From NCBI GenBank assembly GCA_001643675.2, contig LSRY02000044.1:124001-188000 (forward strand): DNA of 64,000 nucleotides, given 5' to 3'. The notes below the pieces were generated by a model. That model did not search any database and was not told the DNA's origin. It saw only the letters and a list, made by a program, of their open reading frames with translations. The DNA comes from Monocercomonoides exilis PA203. Lineage: Eukaryota > Protista > Preaxostyla. Position 1 is the stretch's first letter; each line of letters opens with the position of its first letter. A program made the translations under genes and the position numbers. Shown here piece after piece: positions 22,074 through 32,780 of the stretch.

Positions 22074-23096
22074 TGAATTGAGTGAAAACCATTGGTGGAA
22101 AAAACGGTGACTGGTGGAAAAATTGTTATTCATTTATTTTCATAATATCCATTCGATCCAGCAACGAACAATTTGGATTTTGTTTTGTGAGAGTTCAAGT
22201 GAAACATAGTCGTTTAAAATATATAGCTAAAATCATTTTCAACTTCGTCTTTTTTCTTTAAAATGAAATGAGATAATGATGAATTGTGCACACAGTTGCT
22301 AAAAACGAAAATTTGCATTCAAATTTGTGTGCAGTGAAAATGATCCTTCCTTTTTTCTTTAGTGAAATTAACTAATTTTGTTATTAACAGGAAAAAAAAA
22401 GAAAAGAAAGATTTCTATCTTTTTTGAAAAAGAAATTGATTTTTTTTGTAATCATAACTCTTATTTAAGTGTTGATTCAGAGAAGGTTTGATTTTGAAAA
22501 TAATGAATTTTTCATTCGAATAAAAAATGCTCAAAAATAGTTCAGAAAAAATGCGTTTGGTATATGTTTTATATTTGGTGAACTCGAATTAAAACAAATA
22601 ATTTTTAATTAACGAATATAATATTGTGAAAGAATCATTGATTAATTGCTCCAAACTTGAGATCATTAACTTTTCACAATTCATTTTTTATTAAAAAAAA
22701 TTTAATCTGACCCAGCGGTTTTAATAATTATGGCTTTATTTCAAAAACACTTAAGTATTTAATGTTTCAATTACGGTTAATGTTTGGAGTTTAATATTTG
22801 GGTTAAGGGTTTTGCTCATGCAATTTTTTAAAAGGGTTAAAACATTAAAAGGCTTCAATAATAATCACCTCAATTAGGCCTTTTCGACAAAGAAATTTCA
22901 AGCGATGCACGTCGGTCGAAAGCATAAACTTGTGTCGATTTTTTTTTCTGTGAGATAAAAAATTTTTTCAATTCGCAGTGACCTTTCTTTCAACTTAAAC
23001 TTTTCACTTACGTCTAGGCTTCATTCTGACTTTACTCTTTTGTTAAATACATCCTTGCGAAAATGAGAAATTGTGCTTTTATCTTCAAGAATTAAT

Positions 23097-25678
23097 GGCA
23101 TAGGTCTAAATTGTACCAGTAGTGAATTTGACATAGTTTAATGAAATTTCGAAATATTATTGATTATGATAATTATTAAACACTGCATAATTTTCAAAAT
23201 TTTAAAAATCTTAGCTTCATTAATTAAACAAAAATATTTTATCAAACCCATTAAAACACTTTTACTTTTTCATTTTTTATTTTATGGATGTATTTGAGCT
23301 ATGTTTTGATTATTCACTGCAGTTATTGTTTTGTTGTTATTTTGCATTTCAACTTTTTTTTAAAAAATAAACAAATCAGAATGATGTTGTTAATTTTCAT
23401 TTATAATTCAAATTGCAAAATTTGAAATATATGCATTGAGTAATATTCGAAACATTACAACTGTTTTTGTAAAGTTTTTATCTGTGATCAGAAAAATATA
23501 TTCACAAAAAATCAATTTCTCTGTCTTTCGAAATTGATGTTCCAATTCAACCTTTGCTTGTTGAAGATACCAACCATATGGGACGATATTTTCTGCTTTT
23601 TGAATTTTGTTCCATTCTGCACATTAAATTAATTTATCAATTTCAAAAAATTTCCAATGTTTTTTGACATGAGAATGAAAGATTTCTCATGATAAGGTTG
23701 TGGAAAAGGTGTGGAACAAATTGTAGTTTTTTTCATAAATGAAAGAATTGTGCCCCATATCTTTATCCCTCCTCCGTTTCCTTTCTTGCATCCACATTCC
23801 TCCATCGTTGTATTCCACACCACAAATGTCTCAACTCCCTTCACGCTTTTTGCCATCACCACACCATCTCCTTCTGTCCGGTTCACATTTCGAATTGTCA
23901 AATTCGCCAAAACACTCTCTCCTGATGACGATCCTGCTGATGATGGTTCAGTGAAAAGAGGCTGTGATATTTTCATATTTTCAATCTCCACATCAATCAT
24001 CTTCAACTGCCTCAGCATCACTTCAAACACAGATGCTGATATTCCACTTCCTCCTGATGTTGAAGAGTCGATCACCACATCTTCCAGCGAAAGTGTCCCG
24101 CTCCCCACAGACACCACAAACACACTCGGCGATGGACTTCTCATCGAGTTGTGATCGATCCCCACATGCCCCACCTCCAGTTGGCCAGAAGATATGCTAA
24201 ACAGAGTAGTTGAAGAAATCGAAAGAGAATTCGTTGCAATCACACTCACTGTCTTCCCTCTCCCAACAACTGAAATCTTCTTTTCCCCAATACTGATCAT
24301 CGTGACTTCGCTTCCATGCCTCCCGTTCAGTACTGTGATTGTCGAGCTCAGCTGTACCGTGCCCGCACCCACTGCATGCCCCACTGTCTTGCACGGTGCT
24401 GCCTCACTCATCCCACACAGATTGTTTGCGTCATCCCCACCCACTCCAACATATCAATCTTTCATTCCCTCCTTCAGACAATCCTTCTTTTCTGTGTGTT
24501 GATATGACCAAGCACCTGCATCAGCATAATTGAACGCAAAGCAGATCCTCTTATCGTTTGTGTTTGTGGTGTAACATTCATGAAACGGATTTCCTGAATA
24601 TAAATACAGATTGTATGTATCGACATATTCAACGTCATGTCCGCGAGGATTGGCTGCATCTCTACAGCTGCATTCGTGAAAAAATGAAAAAAAGCAATAA
24701 GTTCCGTTGACTGGCTTTTCTGTTTTTTCTGGTCTGAAAAACAATCCTCCTCCCTCTCTAAATGCTGAACATGAGATAAACTGAACGCTCCTCATTTTGA
24801 ATTGCGTAGCAGGAACAGTTTCACAAAACATGCCTCCACCTCCATTGTTGGTCAATGAACATGAAGTGAAACAGCAGTCAAACACACATGCACTTTCACC
24901 TCCTTCATTTTCTGCTTCAATACATCCTGTTCCTGAAACCTGAAAATTATCCAGATAAAGTCCTCCTCCATAATAACTTGCTTTACAATTCTGGAATTCA
25001 CATCCGCTGATCCGAACACATGTTGAAATTCCATACACATACAATCCTCCTCCATATTGATTTTGTGCTGAACAGATATTGAACACATTATTTTCGATAA
25101 GCACAGATTTGATTGTATGGCACATGATACAGCCTCCAGCATAATATGCATAGCAGTCGTTGAATGTGCAATGAAAAGCTAAAAGTTCGCCATTTTCCTT
25201 GTTGCACATGAAAATTGCCCCTCCACTTGATATCCCATCAGTGAATGAGCAGCTTTCTCCTGTTGTCTTCGATCCACTCCATTCACACCTAGTAAATGAG
25301 TTTTTATAACTAAGAGATCCTCTCCTCTTTTGAAAGCTTCAAATTATCAAATAGTCATTATTCTTCGAACATAATTTGATCACAACTTATGAAAAACACA
25401 TTAAAAAAATAAATGAAAGATATATAAAGTATTTTATTTAATGTGAATATAAAATTGGTAGTTAGCAACAAAACTGTTACTAAACGTTCACAAAACACAA
25501 AATGAAAATTTACAAATATTTTTATGGGTTTGATGAAATATTTTTGTTTAATTAATGAAGCTAAGATTTTTAAAATTTTGAAAATTATACAGTGTTTAAA
25601 AATTATCATAATCAATAATATTTCGAAATTTCATTAAACTATGTCAAATTCACTACTGGTACAATTTAGACCTATGCC
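23097..25678. mobile_element. Pair of ~160-bp inverted repeats (23097-23256 / 25519-25678) enclosing a receptor-gene fragment; possible Pack-type non-autonomous DNA transposon
   Basis: ggcataggtctaaattgtaccagtagtgaatttgac... is matched by ...gtcaaattcactactggtacaatttagacctatgcc, with about 4 mismatches in 160 bp. No convincing TSD. Confidence 0.65.
23761..25302 (-). pseudogene. Internal fragment of the beta-helix receptor family
   Basis: Paralogous to ~15340-16850. It starts mid-gene at NSFTRCEW and ends at GGGIK. One in-frame TGA at 24456-24454 (Arg in the 49-kb paralog) separates ORFs 24454..25209 and 23629..24444, which share a frame. Confidence 0.85.
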
Positions 25679-26599
25679 CATTTCAACAACAATTTTTTTT
25701 GTTTTCAGTCATGAAGAACCGATGGATTATCGATCGAAAGAATTGGTCATCAAAGGAATGAAAAATTACTTGCATTTTGAGTCAAATGGAACTCTATTGC
25801 TTCCTTTGCCTCTCAGTTGCAATGAAAAGGTTTGCTTAAAATAGAAAAAGAATACAAAATGAGAGTGAGTTTGGATAATAAACCAAGAAAAGTGTTTAAT
25901 AAAGAAAATAATGATGCTTTTCCAATAACTGAGAAAGTTAATGGAAAAATTCGAAGAAGAGTTAGAGATGTTATTGAAATGAGAATGAAATTAATAAATG
26001 AAAATGCAAATTTTAATTTTAAATTTTTTTATTAATATTCATAGATAAATTTCAGGCACGTTTTTTGTTTCATTTTTCCTTTTTTCTTTTCTTTCTTTTT
26101 TTTTTTTTAAGTATTCTTCTTCTTTTTTTTTAATTTGAACTTTTGCCTTTTGTGAAGAAAAAGTTTGTTTTTGCTTATCCTGTGAGATTTGGGCTATTCC
26201 AAATTGTGACAAGACTGAATCCGTCCTGTTATTTGCAATAATTGTTCAATTATTGAAATAACTTGCAGGCTTTGGGCCAGATTCAGTTTCCCAGGAAAAC
26301 AAACTTTTTATTCACTTTATTCAGGTGTGTTTTATTTTTTTTTCCCCAAAGGAACGAAGTATTGGTTGCATTATTAACCCCAACAACTTTTAATGACAAA
26401 AAAATATAGAAATTGAAAAACTTGGAAAAAAATATTTCGGTCGGAACAAAAGTTGGGTTGGAATAATTTTGTCACATTTGTTTTTAATTTTGAGATATGA
26501 AAAAGAAAGGATTCAATTTTGTTGTTTAAAATTATTTTGAAAATAATAATGTGAAATATTCACAAAATATTCAGAAATATCTCATGATGAATAATTGTC

Positions 26600-27500
26600 A
26601 TATTTTCCGATTAGAAAATATAATATTCCTTGTCAGCTTATATTAAAGAAGTCGTATTTTACTATTTCAATTGATTCAAACATTTCCATTTTTCGTTGAC
26701 TTTCTTTCCTCTTCATATTTTTCGTTTTTCTTCTTTTCCATTCCAATTCATGCATCTCGCAAGCTTTTCCAATTCTCTTGTTGCCTCTTTCGATAGATGC
26801 AGTTAATTAATCAATAGTTGCTTTTAAGTCTTTGTCATTGTCCAATATGTTGATCAAAAACTCCCAAGTGAACAGAAAGGTAAGTTGTGTCAGATTGTGG
26901 TATACCAAGTGTAATTCGATGATTTCAGTGATTTTACAGAGAAAATGTCGCTCGAAATATGATAATAAAAATTAAAAAAAATCAATCAAGTCTTCGAAGA
27001 AATTGCAATGCTCATACACACGTTCAATGACACTCAAATCCAATAAAGTAATACCCACATTTTTTGAGTTTCAAAGCTTTCCTCTTTCTTTTAGGAAAAA
27101 TCATTGTACAAGGTTCACAACTTGAAGGCAATTCCTATAAGAACTTACTGAAAAGACAAAGATAGAATTTACAAAGATCAATCACAACTTTTCGTTCCTT
27201 TCTTCTTTCTCTTCTTCTTCTTCTTCTTCTCTTATCACCTTTTTCAATTTTTCGAAAAAAGAAAAATATTTTATCCCATTAATCATCAAATCATTCAGCT
27301 TCTGCAATATTGAATGAGTTTAGCAAATAAGCGCACATTTCCAATTGATGATTTCTCTTCTTTATTCATTTCATTGATTCTGAGGAACAGTTCATTTGCA
27401 AGCCAAATTCGAAATTCCTTCGTGCATCTTATCCATTGATCCTTTCAATTTTTCGATTTTATGTCTTTGATCATCCTTTCTGAAAGGTTCTTGCCAAAAA
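26600..27500 (-). pseudogene. Degraded copy of an expanded lineage-specific gene family (same family as 41440-42720)
   Basis: The reverse complement contains gaagaggaaagaaagtcaacgaaaaa, identical to ~42560-42585, plus weaker N-terminal similarity. No long ORF. Boundaries are approximate. Confidence 0.55.
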
Positions 27501-27939
27501 GAAATTTTTTGTTTTTTTCAAAAAAAGAAGTGTAATAGACAAGAGTTCAAAAGAAACAACAATTTAACTCCTAAAAAACCATCTTTTATTTTCATTTCCT
27601 GGATAACGGTATTATTATTGCAACCTGAAAACGACACCACTTTTATATTCAAATGGAATTATAAATAAATTATAAAGAAAAAACTGTTGAAAAATAGAAC
27701 ACGAGAATAGGTCTGTAAGAATGAGCGATCACATCACACCATTTATGATTGGGACATTTATCTTAACATTTCAAAGAAAAATGTGTTTTATTTATCAATT
27801 TATGTTATTATGGATCATAGGATCAAAAAATTATTTACGATTCAAATGTTTTATTTTTTTCAAATAAATTATTCAATTTAATGGAAGTGCTTTAATATTC
27901 ATTGATAAATAAATTATTTCTATTTTGACAACATTTATT

Positions 27940-28062
27940 TATTTATAAATTTATTTATTTATGAATTTATTTATTAATTTATTAATTTATTAATTAATTT
28001 ATTTTTTTATTTTTATTTTTATTTTTTTATTTTATTTTATTTTTATTTTATTTTTTTTTTTT
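27940..28062. repeat. (ATTT/ATTTTTT)n low-complexity tract ending in poly(T)
   Basis: Read directly from the sequence. Confidence 0.9.
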
Positions 28063-28109
28063 GGTGACCGACAGCAACAAAAAATCGCTTGTCGTGTCGC
28101 ATTGGTCTA

Positions 28110-28580
28110 ATCGAAAAACAAGAAAATTTGTTCAGAATTTCAATTGAAGTCAAAACCAAGGAAATTTCATTGACTCAAATGTTGATAATTACTAGTATTA
28201 ATTTATTGGAAATGTTCTTCTTTCGTTTTTAACTACTATTTTCCATGATAAAGATTGATATCAAACGATTCTTTTATTAATATTGGCTAAATTTTTTTGA
28301 AAAGTTCCTTTTGTTTAATTATCAAATAAAATAAAAAATTCATATTTTGATCAAATTCATGTTCTCTCTCACCAAATTTCGTTGTCATGAAAGCAAAATA
28401 TTGACAATGTTTTTATTTCAATTATTGTTTTGTTACGTGAGCAGGAACATGAATTTGATCAAAATATGAATTTTTAATTTTATTTGACAACTCAACAAAA
28501 GGAACTTTTCAAAAAAATTTAGCCATATAAAAATTGAAAATGATAAATTTTATCAGATTCAAATGCTATTGATGAAATCG
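28110..28580 (+). mobile_element. Diverged internal fragment of the TA-TSD MITE family, split by a foldback insertion
   Basis: 28110-28283 and 28529-28580 align collinearly with ~52280-52510 (tttgttcagaatttcaatt.aagtcaaaacc, tttattggaaatgtt, gatatcaa.cgattctttt, attgaaaatg). Confidence 0.7.
28284..28525. mobile_element. Foldback MITE, ~80-bp arms, probable 3-bp TSD (TAT)
   Basis: tat|tggctaaatttttttgaaaagttccttttg ... caaaaggaacttttcaaaaaaatttagcca|tat. Removing it plus 3 bp restores the spacing of the host MITE seen in the 52-kb copy. Confidence 0.8.
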
Positions 28581-28678
28581 TAAACATTACGTTTAATATT
28601 TAGGAGATTGATTTTTGACTTTCAGTGCGTAAAACAATATTCCAAACTTTCCTGAATTTTTTATTTTTTTGCATAATA

Positions 28679-29360
28679 CACCAAAAATTATTCAACATCG
28701 AAAAAGTTTAAAACAACATCGAAAAACTTTAATTCAACATCGAAAATATTTAATTCGAAATCGTCAATATTTAATTCAACATCGAAAATTCTTTATCATC
28801 AAAAAATTCGAAAAAAATTATAAAATTCATACTCTTGTCAGTTTCTTTTCTTTCAGTTATTGATCTGAGAAATTTGTCAATTTCAATTTGAAAAATCTTT
28901 TATGATGTGTTTGTGGCGTTTGATTGTGCGCAATTGCGTGAATAGGATCAAACAAAATTATAATTAAACTCTTCACATGTTTTCAGGAGATTATAAGGAA
29001 TTTGAGCAAAAAATAAAAGTGATAGGATTGTTCATGATCTTGTTTTTTGTGCAAAAATTCTTAAATCAATCTCAACTATTTGTTATGAAACGTCTGAATT
29101 TCATTTATTGCATTGGAAATTGAAAAAATAAAATTCTTTCAATCTTCAAAATGAGAAAAGAATCGATTGATATCAGTCTATATCGTAGAAAACAGTTGTA
29201 AAAAACGAAAGAAAAACATTACCAATAAATAAACATTTGTTACTATTAACATTTGTTTCAATAAAATTTCCTAGGTTTTGACTTGAATTGAAATTCTGAA
29301 CAAATAATCTTCTTTTTCGATTTTGAATTAAAGTTTTTCGATTTTGAATAATTTTTGGTG
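28679..29360 (-). mobile_element. Non-autonomous TIR element (Tc1/mariner-type TA TSD), 682 bp
   Basis: ta|caccaaaaattattcaa ... ttgaataatttttggtg|ta, with subterminal 21-bp tandem units. It is an inverted homolog of 52098..52925. Confidence 0.88.
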
Positions 29361-29419
29361 TAACTTTATGTCTACTAAGCACTTGCGAAAAGTTAATAAA
29401 AATTCGATTTTTTCTTATT

Positions 29420-29560
29420 CTCGCTATTGAACTTTATCAAACACCACAAACACATCTTAAAAACTTTTTACTGATTGAAATTGATATATATCTTAAATCA
29501 TTTACTGAAAAAAAGAAACTTACATGAGTTTGCTTTTTGAAAGTTTTTTCATTTTTTTTT

Positions 29561-29614
<54 letters not shown>

Positions 29615-29753
29615 TGGAAAATTGGTGACGGACGTGACGAACTTTTTTTCTTCACGTCACCCAGGCTTTGATATTAAATAAAAGTTTTTCGTTGTTGTTT
29701 TATACTTTTTCGATTTTGAATTAAAAATTTTCGATGTAGAAAAATTTTTGGTG
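29420..29753 (+). mobile_element. Older partial copy of the TA-TSD MITE (right end), interrupted by a poly(T)+~55-bp insert
   Basis: Ends aatttttggtg|ta, and 29437-29550 aligns with ~52681-52795. Confidence 0.7.
29555..29668 (-). mobile_element. Solo left end of the 40935 element plus poly(A)
   Basis: The reverse complement aagcctgggtgacgtgaag...gtccgtcaccaattttccac(A)n matches 40936-41025. Confidence 0.75.
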
Positions 29754-30046
29754 TATGCTCCCTCTTTCCCAAATTTTTTGATGAACGAATAAAAAAAGTG
29801 ATTATTTGCAATCTTGATTTCAAGCGAGGTAATTATAACCGAGCTTTATTGTACAAATTTTTAAAGGAAAAAAGAAAATATTATTTTTAAAAAATCCAAA
29901 CATATTTAGCTATGAAGACATTACCAATTCCAAATTCTTCATAACACCGAGCAACCAAAATTAGGATTCACTTTTCAAAATGTATTTTTCTCGATCCTCG
30001 AAATCCTTTTATAATATTATTTTTTGTAGAAGACCATTTTTTGATG

Positions 30047-30684
30047 CTATTTCCATTTAACTTGAACCTGATGTTTAACTTTTTTTGGAGGTGATGGTTT
30101 CTTCTTTTTTGTAAACTGAGTTATTTCTACGCTGACGTTTGGTGCAAGGAACATAAGTTGAATCCTTAAACACTCAGGAAGCTTCTTAATGATGAAGCCC
30201 TGCTTTTTCCGATTCACAAACATGCAAAAAGTGTGCTTCTTCATATCAATTTCGCATCCAACCTGATTTCCTACAGACCTCCATTGATCGGTGCGAGGCA
30301 ACCCTGAAACTGAACCTCCATCGCCGCTTTGCTGCGTAATACTCAAACCACCTTCTGGACAGGCTTGCAACACCTTTTGCGGCTCTTTCTTCGTTTTAGC
30401 AGCTGCTACAGGTCCACGCACCAACAAATTGCAGAATGAGGAAAAATAATCCTTTGTATCAGTCACGTAAAGGTCAAATCGCCATATTCCCTTTTTAAGA
30501 GGCTTTCCAATGTCGATAGGAGACGAACTGGATGATATGATACTTATGATGTGGCTTTTTTTGTTGTAATTTCCAGAAGGCGGAGTAGAAGATATTCCTG
30601 ATTCGATCTCACCACAAAAATTGACTTTGATATCATCAACAACTATCATTGACATTCACCAAATTTATATGAAATAAAGTATGG

Positions 30685-30744
<60 letters not shown>

Positions 30745-31539
30745 TGGAATAAAGTTTAAAGCAAATTTTACAACAGAATCAGAACAAAAAATAGTTATCA
30801 AGTTTTTAATTTAAATTATATTATCAATGATAATTATTCATTGCATAACAAAACATTCTACAGTGCACGGTAACATACTTCCCTTTAGCTTTTTCTTTGA
30901 TTCTTTTTTCCCTTCTTTGTCTCCTGAACTACTTTCATCGCTACTATCAGAATCTTCACTTTCAGATGAAGTGCTCTCTTCTTCGCTTTCATCAACACTG
31001 CTTTCATCATCACTTGAATCTTCTTCGCTGTTGTCACTTTCTGAACTGCTTTCCTTCCTTTCCTTTTTTATTTTTTTAACAATTTTCTCTCTCTTTATTT
31101 CTTTCTTGGTACATTTTTCACTTTTTTTTTCTCTTTCTTTAACTATTTCTTTGTCTTTAGAAAAATCTTCGATTATTGTTGATGATCCGATTTCTACAGG
31201 AGATGTTTGGTCTTGGGATATTTCCCTTTTTGACATTCTTTCTGCTTTCACAGGTGAAAAAGGAGGAAGATTTGATTTTGTAAACACAAAAGTATGGTAA
31301 AAGTCATCAACCAAATGCGTTGCATCTAATGACTTCATCGAAAAATTGTCACAAATTTTTGAGCTTAAAACATCGAGAGATTGAGAAAGTGTTAATTGCT
31401 TCAAAATCAATGCTGTATGTTTCATGATTTGAAACAAAGTCTCCAGTAACATTTTTTGAGACTGAGGGACAGTTATTCCAAGTATGCTAAGAATGCATTG
31501 CTTTGAATATATTTTTTCAGCTTTCTCTTTGATAGACAT
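30047..31539 (-). CDS. Probable two-exon gene (exons 31539-30879 and 30642-30047): Lys/Glu/Ser-rich region plus a C-terminal B30.2/SPRY-like domain
   Basis: GTATGT donor at 30878 and TAG acceptor at 30645-30643, both phase 1. GIWRFDLYV and VGCEIDMKKHTFCMFVN resemble SPRY strands. It could alternatively be two genes (30838..31539 and 30047..30655). Confidence 0.6.
30685..30743. repeat. (AAT)n microsatellite, ~19 units
   Basis: Read directly from the sequence. Confidence 0.95.
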
Positions 31540-31697
31540 TTTTTGTTATTTGCAAGAGATAAAATATTAATGGGTAAAATTTTTTATTCTTCAAACCAAA
31601 AGAAGAATAATGATATTTTTAATATTATTCAAATTCGTCATCAAATAAATCATAATTTTTCATAAGTTTTGATCTGTTCCATTTTAAAGGTTTGAAA

Positions 31698-32540
31698 ATG
31701 GTATGCTTTTTATTTTTTATGTTATTTGCATTTAATTAATTTTTTGTGAAATATTTAAATATTTATGCTATTTTTCATGAAACACTTAAAACTCATAAAA
31801 CTTAACAATCATTGAAACAGTCAAGAAAGAGGGCAAAACTTGAAAATTATTATAACTGGAGGGTTCGTGTCACTTTAATTGATGGAAGGCAATTTGTCGG
31901 TAAGCTAATGGCAACAGATAAGTATATGAATCTTGTTTTGGCTGACACAGAAGAATTTCGACCATTTAAATCAAAAAAAGGTGTGATCATTCATTCAAAA
32001 TGAAAGAATTATTGTTCATTTTGTAGGAGTTGAGGAGAAAGAGATCAAAAGACCACTTGGCTTTATTCTTCTTCGTGGAGAGTATGCAGTTAGCGTTACT
32101 CCAGAAGTTCCTCCTGTGCATTCTGTGTGTCATTTAAAAAGAATTTAAATTTATCTATTTTTATTTGTGAATAATTTCTTTCGTCATTTGCTTAGAAAGA
32201 GAAAACTGGTGTTCGGGCTACGACTGGGGCAACAGGTGTCTCAATTGGCCGTGGAGCCTCTATTCCTATTGCAGCAGGCGCACCAATTCCAATCACTTCA
32301 ACACCTGCAATTTCTGGTGTTTCCCCTCAGCAAGCAATGCCAATGGGTATGCCCTCGATGCCCATGGGCAGAGGAATGATGATTCCAGGCCAAATGCAGC
32401 CAATGATGATGGGACGAGGTGTTATGCCTTCTGGAATCCCAGTTGGAATGCCTATTCAGGGGATGCCTCCTCAGATGCCTGGAGGAGTTCCTCAAATGAT
32501 GATGGGTAGAGTTGGAATGCCTCCACCTGGATCAATGTAA
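31698..32540 (+). CDS. SNRPB: Small nuclear ribonucleoprotein Sm B/B'; exons 31698-31700, 31821-31980, 32027-32124, 32196-32540
   Basis: Sm1 motif NWRVRVTLIDGRQFVGKLMATDKYMNLVLADTEEFR, Sm2 motif KRPLGFILLRGEYAVSV, and a GRG/PPPG/Met-rich tail. All three GT-AG introns keep the frame. Confidence 0.93.
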
Positions 32541-32780
32541 AGTTAGATTTTTTATAAACATTTTTTCAAATTTTTGTTTGGTGATTTTCACTTCATGGAT
32601 AGTGTTTTAAAAGCGTATATATAATTTAATGCTGGTGCTTGCAGTAATTTGTGGGTTTAAGGATGAAAAGAAAAAAGAAGATCACAACCATCAAAATATT
32701 TGGAAACAAGAAATGATTTGATGTTTCTACAATGAATTAATAGAATAGTTTTCCATTTTCTTGAACATAAAATCCTTAAA

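Noticed and set aside
22790-22812. Telomere-like tttgggttaagggtt
   Set aside because: Only about two imperfect units, not an array.
24454-24456. In-frame TGA as selenocysteine or readthrough
   Set aside because: It aligns with Arg (CGA) in the 49-kb paralog and the fragment is truncated at both ends.
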